Below, in pieces: positions 1-8,961 of a DNA stretch of 20,000 nt. The notes beneath the pieces were generated by a model. It was not told where the DNA came from and searched no databases. It saw only the letters and a list, made by a program, of their open reading frames with translations. The number at the start of each line of letters is the position of its first letter. Within the stretch, counting starts at the first letter, position 1. Both the position numbers and the translations under genes were made by a program. The DNA comes from an uncultured virus (IMG/VR IMGVR_UViG_3300035498_001541). Lineage: Duplodnaviria; Heunggongvirae; Uroviricota; Caudoviricetes. Where the stretch lies: IMG/VR virus record IMGVR_UViG_3300035498_001541. One strand, written 5' to 3'.

Positions 1-6
1 TCCTTA

Positions 7-828
7 TCAAAAGCATTTCATTGCCTCATTCTTCTTAGGATTGGTGAAAACCATCCTGTATCCACTATTTACATCCTCTACCTTCACAGTGTCAACATAA
101 TCAAGAAAATCCCAACTAGCCAATAGACTCTCAAACTTCTCGTAAACACTATTCATTGAAAAGAAAGGTTTAGAATACCCAAGCACCACATGAGTTCTAT
201 CAGACGCATACCTAGCATTCACCCAGATAGGTACAATTGTACCTATCTCGCTATTAAAACGGAAACTGAAATCCTTGGAATAAACACTTACTACAACTCT
301 TTCTGCATCTGCAGCAAAAACAGACTTAAAACCAGTTCCTCTCTTATTCTCATACAACTTGTTGCTAACGAAAAATGAGCTGATTGCCCAAACATCTCTC
401 CGGGTAAAACCAGCTTCATCATAAACAAACTCAATTGATGAATTTTCGTCATCAATCAACACATCAACTTCTTGTGTTCCGTCAAACTTTCCTTCATTTA
501 CTAAAGCTTCCTGGTGCCTGCAGTCATCCGCATTTTTCAGTATCTCTTTAACGAACTGCAATCTATCATCAGCAAACTGCATATCTATCTTGTTCTCAAA
601 GAACTTCGCATTTCTCTCAATAGCTGAATCGTATGCTCTAATTCTGAGCAATGCTACTAAGTTCACAAACTGCTCATTAGTCAACATTCCCTTGGTAAAC
701 AGGATTTCAAAATTCCTATCACCCTCAGTAAGCCTTTGGTACAAATCTCTAACTTCGTCATCGTTAGACAAAACCTCGTTACTCAAAAACTCCTCATAAT
801 CAGCTAAAGTACTGCCTCTAAACTCCAT
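7..828 (-). CDS. Sacsin/Nov-like GHKL ATPase-domain protein (short, stand-alone)
   Basis: EILKNADD (cf. ELxQNAxD), YDEAGFTRRDVWAI and GTGFKSVF match the GHKL/sacsin N-terminal motifs. The ATG at 828 has a GAGGAGG RBS about 7 nt upstream; the track start at 834 is a TTG. Ends in MKCF. Confidence 0.75.
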   Translation of the reverse strand: MEFRGSTLADYEEFLSNEVLSNDDEVRDLYQRLTEGDRNFEILFTKGMLTNEQFVNLVALLRIRAYDSAIERNAKFFENKIDMQFADDRLQFVKEILKNADDCRHQEALVNEGKFDGTQEVDVLIDDENSSIEFVYDEAGFTRRDVWAISSFFVSNKLYENKRGTGFKSVFAADAERVVVSVYSKDFSFRFNSEIGTIVPIWVNARYASDRTHVVLGYSKPFFSMNSVYEKFESLLASWDFLDYVDTVKVEDVNSGYRMVFTNPKKNEAMKCF

Positions 829-1120
829 TGCCAATCCTCCTCAAACGCTTAGCTTCTTGTAGAAAATCTTCCAAATCAAGTCGTATTCTTTGATTCTCAA
901 TATCCGGAATAATTAAATCTAAAAACTCGATATCTTCATCTTTCAAATAGCCAGCTTGTAAAATCTTTTCTACCTTATCCCTCGTAAGCTGTATATCTAA
1001 ATCATATTCTGCAAAATTACCACAGTCTGCATAGTCAAGCAGATATCTTCGATAGAACCTCTCTAATGCATCCATACCTAAACGTTGCCACTTGGCTAAA
1101 GCAACACCTTCGAATTCCAT
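818..1120 (-). CDS. Hypothetical protein, 100 aa
   Basis: Starts 2 nt after the upstream stop and overlaps the start of the next gene. No recognisable motif. Confidence 0.75.
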   Translation of the reverse strand: MEFEGVALAKWQRLGMDALERFYRRYLLDYADCGNFAEYDLDIQLTRDKVEKILQAGYLKDEDIEFLDLIIPDIENQRIRLDLEDFLQEAKRLRRIGNGV

Positions 1121-1122
1121 GC

Positions 1123-1587
1123 CTAACCCTCCTTCATTACCTCTGTAATCACAGCATCAATCCCGGCAATACAATCAAAGTCGCAATGCCTTGTTGCAAG
1201 CTCCTCAACATAGTCCAATCTATTAGGATTTAGACCCTTTGTAGCTACAATAATATCAAACTTGTCGTACTTCTCTAAACCAAAACCTTTCAGCCACCCA
1301 TCAATTCCTTCTCTGCTCTCTGGAGGAATTCTTGTATTCAAACACGCAGGAAACTCAAAACTTGCTCTCGCATCGTTCTCGTAAAAACCACCACGCAGAA
1401 CCAATGCCCTATTCTCCTGCTCTGGATTTTTCCAAGTACACCACCACTTTGTAGTCCCATCCCCAACTTTCATTTCGTATTGTGTAACATAGTATTCAAC
1501 CCCATCGGTAACACTATCACAAACGGCAAGACTTCTGGCCTCAACCAAACTCCCTGTATTCAATAAATACTCAAGCTTCTTGTTCAT
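1123..1587 (-). CDS. Putative HipA-N-terminal-like partner of the kinase (possible antitoxin)
   Basis: ATG at 1587 follows GAGGT. The segment TRIPPESREGIDGWLKGFGLEKYDKFDIIVATKG resembles the RxPxxxRxxIxxxLxxxGLxxYDxxxxL segment of HipA-N/HIRAN-associated proteins. It lies immediately downstream of the kinase gene. Confidence 0.55.
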   Translation of the reverse strand: MNKKLEYLLNTGSLVEARSLAVCDSVTDGVEYYVTQYEMKVGDGTTKWWCTWKNPEQENRALVLRGGFYENDARASFEFPACLNTRIPPESREGIDGWLKGFGLEKYDKFDIIVATKGLNPNRLDYVEELATRHCDFDCIAGIDAVITEVMKEG

Positions 1588-1594
1588 AGCTACC

Positions 1595-2320
1595 TCACTG
1601 TCTAAACCATTCAGCCCTTTCGCTGACAAACCTTTTCAGCAACTCCACCCTCTGCTCTGACAAACCGACTGTCTCAAGAATACTAGTATCCAAACCATCC
1701 ATTCTTTCACAGAAATCTTGAAACTGCTTTGGCATCATTTCTCTCAAGTCATTCACCAATTTACAATGTGTAATCTTTCTGCCAAACCTAAGTACTGGTC
1801 TTGACTTCGTCCATACCAAAGCACTAAATCTCAGTCTATCCTTCAAAAAACATTCAATCTTTTCTTCCTCGACATAGCAGCACAAAGAGCTTCCATTATC
1901 AAACAATGGATAGAAACCTCTCTCCTCGTTAAACAGAACATTGCCTAGATGCCTGTCTGAGTTTCCAATCAGAGCATCAAAGAGCAATATCTGAACAAAC
2001 TCATCGCAGAATCTCTCCTTAATCATCTCGGAATTCTCAAATTCTAAGAAACTTTTCAGTTCCCCATCCCAGACTTTCTTGCTAAGAATTGCATCCCTGT
2101 CCATCACGATATCCACACACGGAATCTCCAACTGGTCACACAATGCCTTTGCTAAAAACTCTGAGTAGCTCTCGTATGTACACTCACCAGTAGGAAACAT
2201 CCTGCTCTTCTTGTACAAAAACAGTGAACCATCAGCATCCTCCACCCAAATCTTTGGTCTTGCACCATCAGCTACACTAGATACAACAGAATACTTTGCT
2301 AAAACAATTCCTTGGTTCAT
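1595..2320 (-). CDS. HipA/CtkA-family protein kinase
   Basis: Motifs GARPKIW, LFLYK, SEFLA, LLFDALIGNSDRHLGN (catalytic) and PLFDNGSSL (Mg-binding). ATG at 2320 follows AGGAG. Confidence 0.85.
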   Translation of the reverse strand: MNQGIVLAKYSVVSSVADGARPKIWVEDADGSLFLYKKSRMFPTGECTYESYSEFLAKALCDQLEIPCVDIVMDRDAILSKKVWDGELKSFLEFENSEMIKERFCDEFVQILLFDALIGNSDRHLGNVLFNEERGFYPLFDNGSSLCCYVEEEKIECFLKDRLRFSALVWTKSRPVLRFGRKITHCKLVNDLREMMPKQFQDFCERMDGLDTSILETVGLSEQRVELLKRFVSERAEWFRQ

Positions 2321-2337
2321 TCTGCACTCCTCTACCA
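2318..2337 (-). repeat. Gene-junction repeat J1, copy a (TGG TAG AGGAGTGCAGA ATG)
   Basis: 19/20 identical to 3263-3282. Confidence 0.85.
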
Positions 2338-2823
2338 AACCATCATATCGCCAGTACACCCTACAAGCTCTTCGTATAGCTCTGCAGGATTCTCTGAACT
2401 CTTTATCTCTTTGAAAACACTTACATCATTCTCTCTAACTATCTCAAAAGTGCTGTGCTGTAAGTCCTTAATTGAAGCCCTGTTCACAATAACAAAAGAG
2501 TTCCCTGACTTCTTCACAAAATCAAGAAACTCACTGCTGAAAACAAAATCATTATTTTCTTCGATAAAGACTACTGTATCATGCAAGCCTAAAAGCTCAT
2601 CTTTCCAATCATGCCCAACTTCTTTTCGCAAGTATACAAAGTAATCAGCATCAGTCTCGACTGAATACCCAGACCTTCTACCAACTCGCAGAAATTCATA
2701 CAGCATTCTAAGCAGTACAGTCTTACCGGTTGCACTATCACCTTTTAGCATTACAACCGGTTGCTCAACACTAAACTCAAATACAATCCTCTTACTCCTT
2801 ACTCTAAAATGTTTGCCTTTCAT
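2332..2823 (-). CDS. Small P-loop protein, DUF4869 partner (paralogue 3)
   Basis: Walker A GDSATGKT, Walker B VVFIEE, final strand VIVNR. ATG at 2823 follows GGAGG and overlaps the end of DUF4869. Confidence 0.8.
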   Translation of the reverse strand: MKGKHFRVRSKRIVFEFSVEQPVVMLKGDSATGKTVLLRMLYEFLRVGRRSGYSVETDADYFVYLRKEVGHDWKDELLGLHDTVVFIEENNDFVFSSEFLDFVKKSGNSFVIVNRASIKDLQHSTFEIVRENDVSVFKEIKSSENPAELYEELVGCTGDMMVW

Positions 2824-3265
2824 CAAGAACACCCTCCACAAAAAGTAGCTCATCAACAAACTCTTTTGGGCTATGTACAATCTTTCCTGTATTCATTATC
2901 TCAATTGTAAACTTACCTTCAAAATTCAGAAGATGCTGCAGATACACAGTCAAATCTTTTCTCTTTGCAATCTCTAAAATCCACTTTGCACAGTTATCAC
3001 CGCAATTGGATGCGTTGTAAATAAAGGAATCATCTTTCAACACCAGAATCAAAACCTTTACTCCTCCGGATAGCTCTCTTGGTGTAATTGCTCCCAAAAC
3101 TGGACTCTCTATTACACGAGCACTCCTTACCTCTGACCTATCCACATCTTTAATCATCTGCTTTACTAAACTATCTTCTATCCACTCGTCCTCGAATACA
3201 TTATCAAAATAGCTCTGTGCATCTTCTAAATAATCAATGCCATCCCAATACCAAATCTTTAGCAT
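2804..3265 (-). CDS. DUF4869-family protein (paralogue 4)
   Basis: Family pattern YFDN..EDEW..D..VKQMIKDVD..SPVLGAI...LSGGVK.LI...CGDNC...TVY..H. Confidence 0.8.
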   Translation of the reverse strand: MLKIWYWDGIDYLEDAQSYFDNVFEDEWIEDSLVKQMIKDVDRSEVRSARVIESPVLGAITPRELSGGVKVLILVLKDDSFIYNASNCGDNCAKWILEIAKRKDLTVYLQHLLNFEGKFTIEIMNTGKIVHSPKEFVDELLFVEGVLDERQTF

Positions 3266-3282
3266 ACTGCACTCCTCTACCA
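3263..3282 (-). repeat. Gene-junction repeat J1, copy b (TGG TAG AGGAGTGCAGT ATG)
   Basis: 19/20 identical to 2318-2337. Confidence 0.85.
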
Positions 3283-3699
3283 GTCTTCAGAATACTGCTT
3301 CAATGTATGAAACCCGTTATCATTTACCATCTCAAACACATCATGCTCTTCACGTATCACACCATCTTTCCTACTCATAATCAGAAAGTAATTGTCTGAC
3401 TCATTAAGTAAACTCCTGTATCCCTTAAGCCTAAGAAGATAGCTATCATCATCAATCACAAATACATAATCAGAATCCTTTAACACAGCCTCGTAAGCCT
3501 TTAATGATGTACGTAGTGGCATTACTCGCAGCTTCTCGTACCCCAAGCACTCAATAAGCTCTGGCTCCATCTCGTATGCTGCTACCCTGTTACAAAATGT
3601 TGTTTTTCCTGTACCAGACTTTCCCACCAGCACAGTGTATTTACTTGTAAGTATAAAATCAAACTCAACTTTCTTGTCTCTCAAATGAATTTCAATCAC
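3277..3699 (-). CDS. Small P-loop protein, DUF4869 partner (paralogue 2)
   Basis: GKSGTGKT, VFVIDD, SDNYFLIMSR. GTG start overlaps the upstream TGA. Confidence 0.8.
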   Translation of the reverse strand: MIEIHLRDKKVEFDFILTSKYTVLVGKSGTGKTTFCNRVAAYEMEPELIECLGYEKLRVMPLRTSLKAYEAVLKDSDYVFVIDDDSYLLRLKGYRSLLNESDNYFLIMSRKDGVIREEHDVFEMVNDNGFHTLKQYSEDW

Positions 3700-4145
3700 T
3701 TTTTATTCCTCCGTTTAAAATTATCTAGCATTAGTCTTGTCCATTCATTTACATTGTGAATCTCCCTGTCATCATCCAAGCATACTGCATCAAAGTTCTT
3801 GAAGAAATGCAAATGATGCTCCACATAAACAGTACAGTCACGCATCTTTCCTATCTCTGCTAAAAACTCTGTACAATTATCCCCAAAGAATGCAGAGCCT
3901 ATCACAACATCCTCCTTCAACAACAGTATCAATGCCTTAGCACCTGCTGAAATTTGAGTAATTGGGATACTGCCCAACACTGGACTCATTGCAAGTTCTG
4001 GTCCGAGAATCTCTGTGTTGTCAACACCTTTCACTATCTCTTTAACAAAGGGATCATCAAACCACTCATCCTCTCTGTTATGGGCAAAGTAAGCATTTAC
4101 GCTATGAAGTATTTTGTCTGGTTCTTTAAAAGTCACATATAACAT
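3696..4145 (-). CDS. DUF4869-family protein (paralogue 3)
   Basis: ATG at 4145 follows AGGAGG. About 72% identical (106/148 by hand count) to the copy at 9789-10235. Confidence 0.8.
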   Translation of the reverse strand: MLYVTFKEPDKILHSVNAYFAHNREDEWFDDPFVKEIVKGVDNTEILGPELAMSPVLGSIPITQISAGAKALILLLKEDVVIGSAFFGDNCTEFLAEIGKMRDCTVYVEHHLHFFKNFDAVCLDDDREIHNVNEWTRLMLDNFKRRNKK

Positions 4146-4201
4146 AGTCTTTCCTCCTAAAATGCTAAACAACGTAGAGAACTCTTAATCCTCTACGCCA
4201 A
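4146..4201 (-). repeat. Intergenic repeat J2, copy a (hairpin + T-tract + RBS)
   Basis: Matches 8882-8934 with 3 substitutions and one 3-nt indel. Confidence 0.9.
4167..4197 (-). terminator. Intrinsic-terminator-like hairpin
   Basis: Minus strand CGTAGAGGA-TTAAGAG-TTCTCTACG (one G.U pair) followed by TTGTTT. Confidence 0.65.
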
Positions 4202-4224
4202 GTATAATCTTCATTCATTAAAAC

Positions 4225-4407
4225 CTAAATCGTTCTGATAGGGCTAGGCTCATAACACGCGTAAGCACCATCTGCGCATAATTGTCCACACTTTACGCAG
4301 TCACCCTTCCTAAGCTCTCGTGTCCCAATGCTCCGCTTTTCGCAAAAAGGACACACATCTTTAAGAAAGTAATGCCTCTTCTCGCACTTGTTAATAACAT
4401 AAGTCAT
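4225..4407 (-). CDS. Small Cys-rich protein, possible zinc ribbon (60 aa)
   Basis: ATG at 4407 follows GAGGTG. Contains CPFC and CVKC plus further Cys residues. Confidence 0.65.
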   Translation of the reverse strand: MTYVINKCEKRHYFLKDVCPFCEKRSIGTRELRKGDCVKCGQLCADGAYACYEPSPIRTI

Positions 4408-4420
4408 AGCATGCACCTCA

Positions 4421-4630
4421 CTATCTTGCAATCCTCTCAAAGCCGTATTTAGCAAAATGAGCTACTGCTTTCTTGAAAAACTCTGGAGCATTAGAACAAC
4501 CATCCCCTACTTCACCCAAGCTACTACACGCCTCTGCCCACTTCTGGTCAGCATCGTCAGCATCGTCAATCTGAAATAGGAAATTCTTAATAGAAAAATC
4601 ATACTTCAATCGAATAGAATAACTTTCCAT
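4421..4630 (-). CDS. Hypothetical protein, 69 aa
   Basis: ATG at 4630 follows AAGGAG, 2 nt after the dipeptidase stop. Confidence 0.7.
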   Translation of the reverse strand: MESYSIRLKYDFSIKNFLFQIDDADDADQKWAEACSSLGEVGDGCSNAPEFFKKAVAHFAKYGFERIAR

Positions 4631-4632
4631 CT

Positions 4633-5343
4633 CTATCTCCTTTCCCTGCATTTATCTATAGTTAAAACCTTCTTGGTAAACACTCCCCTGTAAATAGCAG
4701 GCTCACCGCTATAGTACGCCCAAAATCTATCTCCGTAATCGAAGTGCCACCACTCAGAAGGAAGATTTGTAAACCCAGCCTTAGTCATAGCACTGTATAG
4801 CAATCTCCGATTATCTCTGACCAGCTTATTCTCTCCATTCTCAAAATAGGCAGTGTATGTCCTGTCTGAAAACGCATCAAACTTTGTGCCCATCTCAAGC
4901 TCCCTGCCATCAGAGTCAACAATCGTTACATCTACTGCACCACCAGTTGTGTGAACAGGCGGAACATCCCTATCCTCAATTGGTTCAGATACAAACTTCT
5001 TAATTACACTCTGCTTCTGGTCATCAGTGCAATCCTCAAGACCAAACTCTTTTATCACATCATCAGAGTACCTGTAAAACAACTCCTCTTGAAGCGCAAA
5101 CGGCCTCCATGCATCCCATACCTTAAGCCTAAAACCATTGGGTAAATACTGAGCTGCCTTCACCAACCTATCATACACCTCTCTACGTACAAAGCACTGG
5201 CTCTCGGAATTCTTCATCCCCAACACCGGGTACCTCATCTCGACAGCAAACACATCGCCACTCACCACCTCAACAAAAGGCGAATCAATAAACCTTGCAT
5301 CCTCGACTCTTGCAGGCTCTTCTCTGCTAGGAATAAATTCCAT
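4633..5343 (-). CDS. D-alanyl-D-alanine dipeptidase, peptidase M15 (VanX/DdpX-like)
   Basis: LKVWDAWRP, HTTGGAVD, MGTKFD and EWWHF: zinc ligands and catalytic Glu are present. Confidence 0.9.
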   Translation of the reverse strand: MEFIPSREEPARVEDARFIDSPFVEVVSGDVFAVEMRYPVLGMKNSESQCFVRREVYDRLVKAAQYLPNGFRLKVWDAWRPFALQEELFYRYSDDVIKEFGLEDCTDDQKQSVIKKFVSEPIEDRDVPPVHTTGGAVDVTIVDSDGRELEMGTKFDAFSDRTYTAYFENGENKLVRDNRRLLYSAMTKAGFTNLPSEWWHFDYGDRFWAYYSGEPAIYRGVFTKKVLTIDKCRERR

Positions 5344-6530
5344 TACAATTTCGCCCCCTTAGCTCCACCAAGGCTTGCTGAGTCCAGAATATTTGTATCA
5401 AAGGTAAATGTTAAACTATCTTCCGTCCGTTTTCTCTTCAAAGCTAACTGAATCACCCTATCAAGCAACTCTTTATAGCTTACGCCAAGAGGCTCCCACA
5501 AATAGAAAGCTAAAGAACCGGGAATAGTGTTTATCTCATTGAAATACAACTTGCCATCTGACCTATCAATCATAAAGTCTATACGAGCAACACCGTTACA
5601 CCCTAAAGCCTTGAAAGCTTTTACTGCCAGCTCTCTTATTTCTTCTCTCTGCTCTAATGACAGTTCGGCCGGTATCTTCCTAGACAGACTAGCCATACCC
5701 TTTGTGTTTCCTCCCTTTGCACCACCAACGTATTTGTCCTCATAACTCAGAATATCATCTGTATGAAAAGGCTCTTCACACTCAGATGCTGTGGCTTCAA
5801 TCTCGTTACCAAGCACTGAACAGTTGATTTCTTTCAAGTCAGAAATTGCCTTCTCGACAAGAACCTTTGTAGCATACTTAAAGGCATCATCAATTGCATT
5901 CACCAGCTCAATCCTTGTCTTTGCAACATTAATACCTACGCTTGAGCCAAGGTTCACCGGCTTAATTATCACAGGATACCCAAATTGCTGTTCAACAGAA
6001 TCAGCTAACGCATCCACATCCTCGTAGTCACCGAGCGTAAACACACTGGCATCTAAAACAGGTACACCAGCCTCTTTCAGCACCTGCTTCATCACATATT
6101 TATCCATACCTATTGCAGATGCAGTTACATCACACCCAACAATAGGCACCCCCATCACCTTTAGAAATCCCTGCAATGCCCCATCCTCAAGATTAGTTCC
6201 ATGCACAATAGGAAAAGCTAAATCCACATCCAAAGCCATATTCTTTCCTATCTTCTTCATGGGATACTGTACCAACTGGACACTGCCACCATCATTCACC
6301 ATTATCACTCTCATGGACTTACTCAAAAGAGCATCCACATCCTTGTAAGACTCAATCTTTCCGACCCCACTGCCGACATACATCTCGTTTGACTTTGTCA
6401 AGTATACAGGAATAACCTCATACTTATCAGTATCCAAATTCATAATAGCTTGAATACCAGAGATAACAGAAACCTCATGCTCCACACTCTTTCCGCCAAA
6501 CAATACAGCTATTTTAGTTTTCACTTTCAT
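5343..6530 (-). CDS. ddl: D-alanine--D-alanine ligase
   Basis: GGKSVEHEVS, HGTNLEDG, MDK, KPVNLGSSVG, YEDKY, ARIDF, NEINTIPG. Confidence 0.93.
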   Translation of the reverse strand: MKVKTKIAVLFGGKSVEHEVSVISGIQAIMNLDTDKYEVIPVYLTKSNEMYVGSGVGKIESYKDVDALLSKSMRVIMVNDGGSVQLVQYPMKKIGKNMALDVDLAFPIVHGTNLEDGALQGFLKVMGVPIVGCDVTASAIGMDKYVMKQVLKEAGVPVLDASVFTLGDYEDVDALADSVEQQFGYPVIIKPVNLGSSVGINVAKTRIELVNAIDDAFKYATKVLVEKAISDLKEINCSVLGNEIEATASECEEPFHTDDILSYEDKYVGGAKGGNTKGMASLSRKIPAELSLEQREEIRELAVKAFKALGCNGVARIDFMIDRSDGKLYFNEINTIPGSLAFYLWEPLGVSYKELLDRVIQLALKRKRTEDSLTFTFDTNILDSASLGGAKGAKL

Positions 6531-6535
6531 TCCTC

Positions 6536-8098
6536 CTAATAGTTATCTGGCAAATCGTTCTCAAGCAGAATATACTTGTGACCTTGCCCTTTTATAGAAT
6601 AGGCGTATGAAATTGCTTCATCCAACCTATCAAAGACTAAACATCTTTTACCGGAAAATCCTTTGCTTAATACACCATTCCTAATAGGCTCTGTGCGATT
6701 CTTCCCAACCAATAGAACATAATCGCAACAGTCTGCAGCGTATTCCCCAAACCTGTAATTAAATTCCTCTTCACTCTCGCCCAGCTCAACCATTCCTGGC
6801 GTAATCAATATCCTGATACCATCAAACATTGCTAAAGTCTCAACCGCTGCTTTAGAGCCAACAGGGTTAGAGTTATAAGCATCGTCAATAATCGTTACTG
6901 AACCATGCTCTCTCATCTGCATACGATGCTCAACTGGCTGAAGCTTTCTAACCGGAATCCGCAGCTCTCTCAATGTCATACCAAGTGTATGAGCTACTGA
7001 AATAGCACCAACTACATTAATCACATTATGAGCACCTATCAGTTTTGTCTGGTATCTTTCACTCTCTCCGTCAGGCGTTACTACAGTAAACTCAGTCCCG
7101 TATTGAGAAACCTTAACATCCTTTGCACAGTATCCGTATCCCTCTTTTTCGGAATAATAGAACACTTCATTCCTATACTTCTTTGCTCTCTCCTGCACAT
7201 AGTCATTATCTCCATTTAAAAATAACCTTCCATCGGAAGGTAAGGCATCTGCAAGTTCAAACTTAGTTTTCTGAATATTCTCCATACTGTGAAATGTTTC
7301 TAAATGTTGTGGCCCAATTGATGTAATAATACCTAAATCCGGATGTGCAATATCACACACTTCTTTTATCTCTCCAACTCGTCTTGCACCCATTTCACAC
7401 AAGAAAATCTCATGCGTTGGTTTCAAGTATTTCCTAACCGTAATCGTAATGCCTAATGGCGTGTTGAAATTCCCCGGAGTAGCCAAAACATTAAACTTGC
7501 TCTGCAATAATGTCTGGAGATAAAACTTCATACTCGTCTTACCATAGCTACCGGTAATGCCTATTACCTTTAGATTCTCAGCCTTCTTCAGTTTCTTCTT
7601 TGCATCGTTCACATAGTAATTTCTGATGCAAGCCTCAATTGGTGCGTTAATTACATTCACAACTAAGTCCAAGAATACCTGTGCCGAAACCAGCACCACA
7701 AAGATACCAGCTAAACCATCCTTACCAACTATGGCAAAACCTGCTCCTACCACAGCACAGCTCACCACTACTATAGTGGCAATCATCCTACACACTCTAG
7801 CAGTAAACACAAGTTTCTTCTTATTATGTAGTCTCCGCATTGCCCTGTATACAAGAATAATAAGCAGCAGAGTTCCGCAAACTACCACATCTAACACAAA
7901 CACTGGAAATAGCATTCTAACCACACCCAGCAACATCCCAAATCCAAGAAGCCATTGCTGTCTCAAATTCTTTCTTATCCATCTGACATGCTCATCATTC
8001 TTGTAACCATTAAGCTGAAACATATGCACATTGTGTCGCATTGTAAGAAAGAAAGCATATACCGACAGTACACCCACAACAAAAGTTCTAATCCACAT
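6536..8098 (-). CDS. murF: MurF-type ligase with hydrophobic N-terminal membrane segments
   Basis: GITGSYGKTS, NFNTPLG, EMGA, HLETF, IIDDAYNSNP, GMVELG. The first ~150 aa are hydrophobic. Confidence 0.88.
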   Translation of the reverse strand: MWIRTFVVGVLSVYAFFLTMRHNVHMFQLNGYKNDEHVRWIRKNLRQQWLLGFGMLLGVVRMLFPVFVLDVVVCGTLLLIILVYRAMRRLHNKKKLVFTARVCRMIATIVVVSCAVVGAGFAIVGKDGLAGIFVVLVSAQVFLDLVVNVINAPIEACIRNYYVNDAKKKLKKAENLKVIGITGSYGKTSMKFYLQTLLQSKFNVLATPGNFNTPLGITITVRKYLKPTHEIFLCEMGARRVGEIKEVCDIAHPDLGIITSIGPQHLETFHSMENIQKTKFELADALPSDGRLFLNGDNDYVQERAKKYRNEVFYYSEKEGYGYCAKDVKVSQYGTEFTVVTPDGESERYQTKLIGAHNVINVVGAISVAHTLGMTLRELRIPVRKLQPVEHRMQMREHGSVTIIDDAYNSNPVGSKAAVETLAMFDGIRILITPGMVELGESEEEFNYRFGEYAADCCDYVLLVGKNRTEPIRNGVLSKGFSGKRCLVFDRLDEAISYAYSIKGQGHKYILLENDLPDNY

Positions 8099-8882
8099 GA
8101 TTGTTCTCCAATTCTAAAAATGTCCTCATAATACTTCTAAAGATAGCCGGCTTCTCTAAGAAAGAGAAATGCCCAGCACCTTCCAAAACAGCAAGCCCTG
8201 CATTTGGTATCATCTTCTCCATTAGCCTTGCGTCACCTATTGGTGTTGCTGTGTCTAAATCTCCCCAAACCAAAAGAGTCTCCTGCTTAATACCCGGCAG
8301 TAAATCTGTCAAATCCTCATTGATGGCTAAAACCATGCACTGCCTCATCATAGGTGTTGCATTCCTGTAGTCAGCTGAACCCTGCCTACTCCTCCAATCA
8401 TCAATAAGCTCTGGAAAGAGAAAGTAGACAACCTTTAGATTCAAAAACTTCTGCAGTACCTTGTACTTCTTCACTTTAAACTTCTGCACGAAAGTCAGCT
8501 CAGGCTTCACACCTGCACTATCTATCAAAACAATCTTTTCAATCTCAAAAGGATTATCCTGCCTATTTGCAAGCTTTATAATTACCCTGCCACCGTAAGA
8601 GTGCCCTATCAATACAGCCCTCTCCACACCCAGCTCCTTCAAGAAAGCACAAACAAAATCACCGTATGCATCTACATTCCATGCCTCCTCCGGTTCGTCG
8701 CTCTCTCCAAATCCAGGAAAGTCCACCTGAATTACTCTGTACTGGTCATTAATCGTATCTGCAACTAAATCATACAGTTTCAAGCTGGTTCCCCAGCCCT
8801 GCAAGATTACTGCAACATTATTGCCTTCTCCTGTCACCCTATAGTGTACGTTGCACCCATCAATCTCAACATTCATTGTCAA
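8088..8882 (-). CDS. Alpha/beta-fold hydrolase
   Basis: LQGWG, DFPGFG, GHSYGG nucleophile elbow, WGDLD, GHF. Start is TTG 8882 or ATG 8876, after AGGAGG. Confidence 0.9.
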   Translation of the reverse strand: MTMNVEIDGCNVHYRVTGEGNNVAVILQGWGTSLKLYDLVADTINDQYRVIQVDFPGFGESDEPEEAWNVDAYGDFVCAFLKELGVERAVLIGHSYGGRVIIKLANRQDNPFEIEKIVLIDSAGVKPELTFVQKFKVKKYKVLQKFLNLKVVYFLFPELIDDWRSRQGSADYRNATPMMRQCMVLAINEDLTDLLPGIKQETLLVWGDLDTATPIGDARLMEKMIPNAGLAVLEGAGHFSFLEKPAIFRSIMRTFLELENNHVD

Positions 8883-8934
8883 GTCTCTCCTCCTAAACTA
8901 AAAAACGTAGAGAACTCTTAATTCTCTACGCCAA
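8882..8934 (-). repeat. Intergenic repeat J2, copy b (hairpin + T-tract + RBS)
   Basis: Matches 4146-4201. Confidence 0.9.
8899..8930 (-). terminator. Intrinsic-terminator-like hairpin
   Basis: Minus strand CGTAGAGAA-TTAAGAG-TTCTCTACG (perfect 9-bp stem) followed by a T run. Confidence 0.7.
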
Positions 8935-8961
8935 CATTTCAACGTTATTCAATTAAAAGAA

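Noticed and set aside
50..95. EDVNSGY near the GHKL C-terminus, resembling the acidic motif recalled for long DUF4869 partners
   Set aside because: Only about 20 residues follow, too few for a domain; probably coincidental.
4203..4208. Plus-strand TATAAT as an antisense promoter
   Set aside because: No credible -35 at 16-18 nt spacing, and it is absent from the second J2 copy.
4633..6530. Canonical van glycopeptide-resistance cluster
   Set aside because: No vanH, vanT, vanY or vanRS, and the ligase loop YEDKY is not the VanA/B type.
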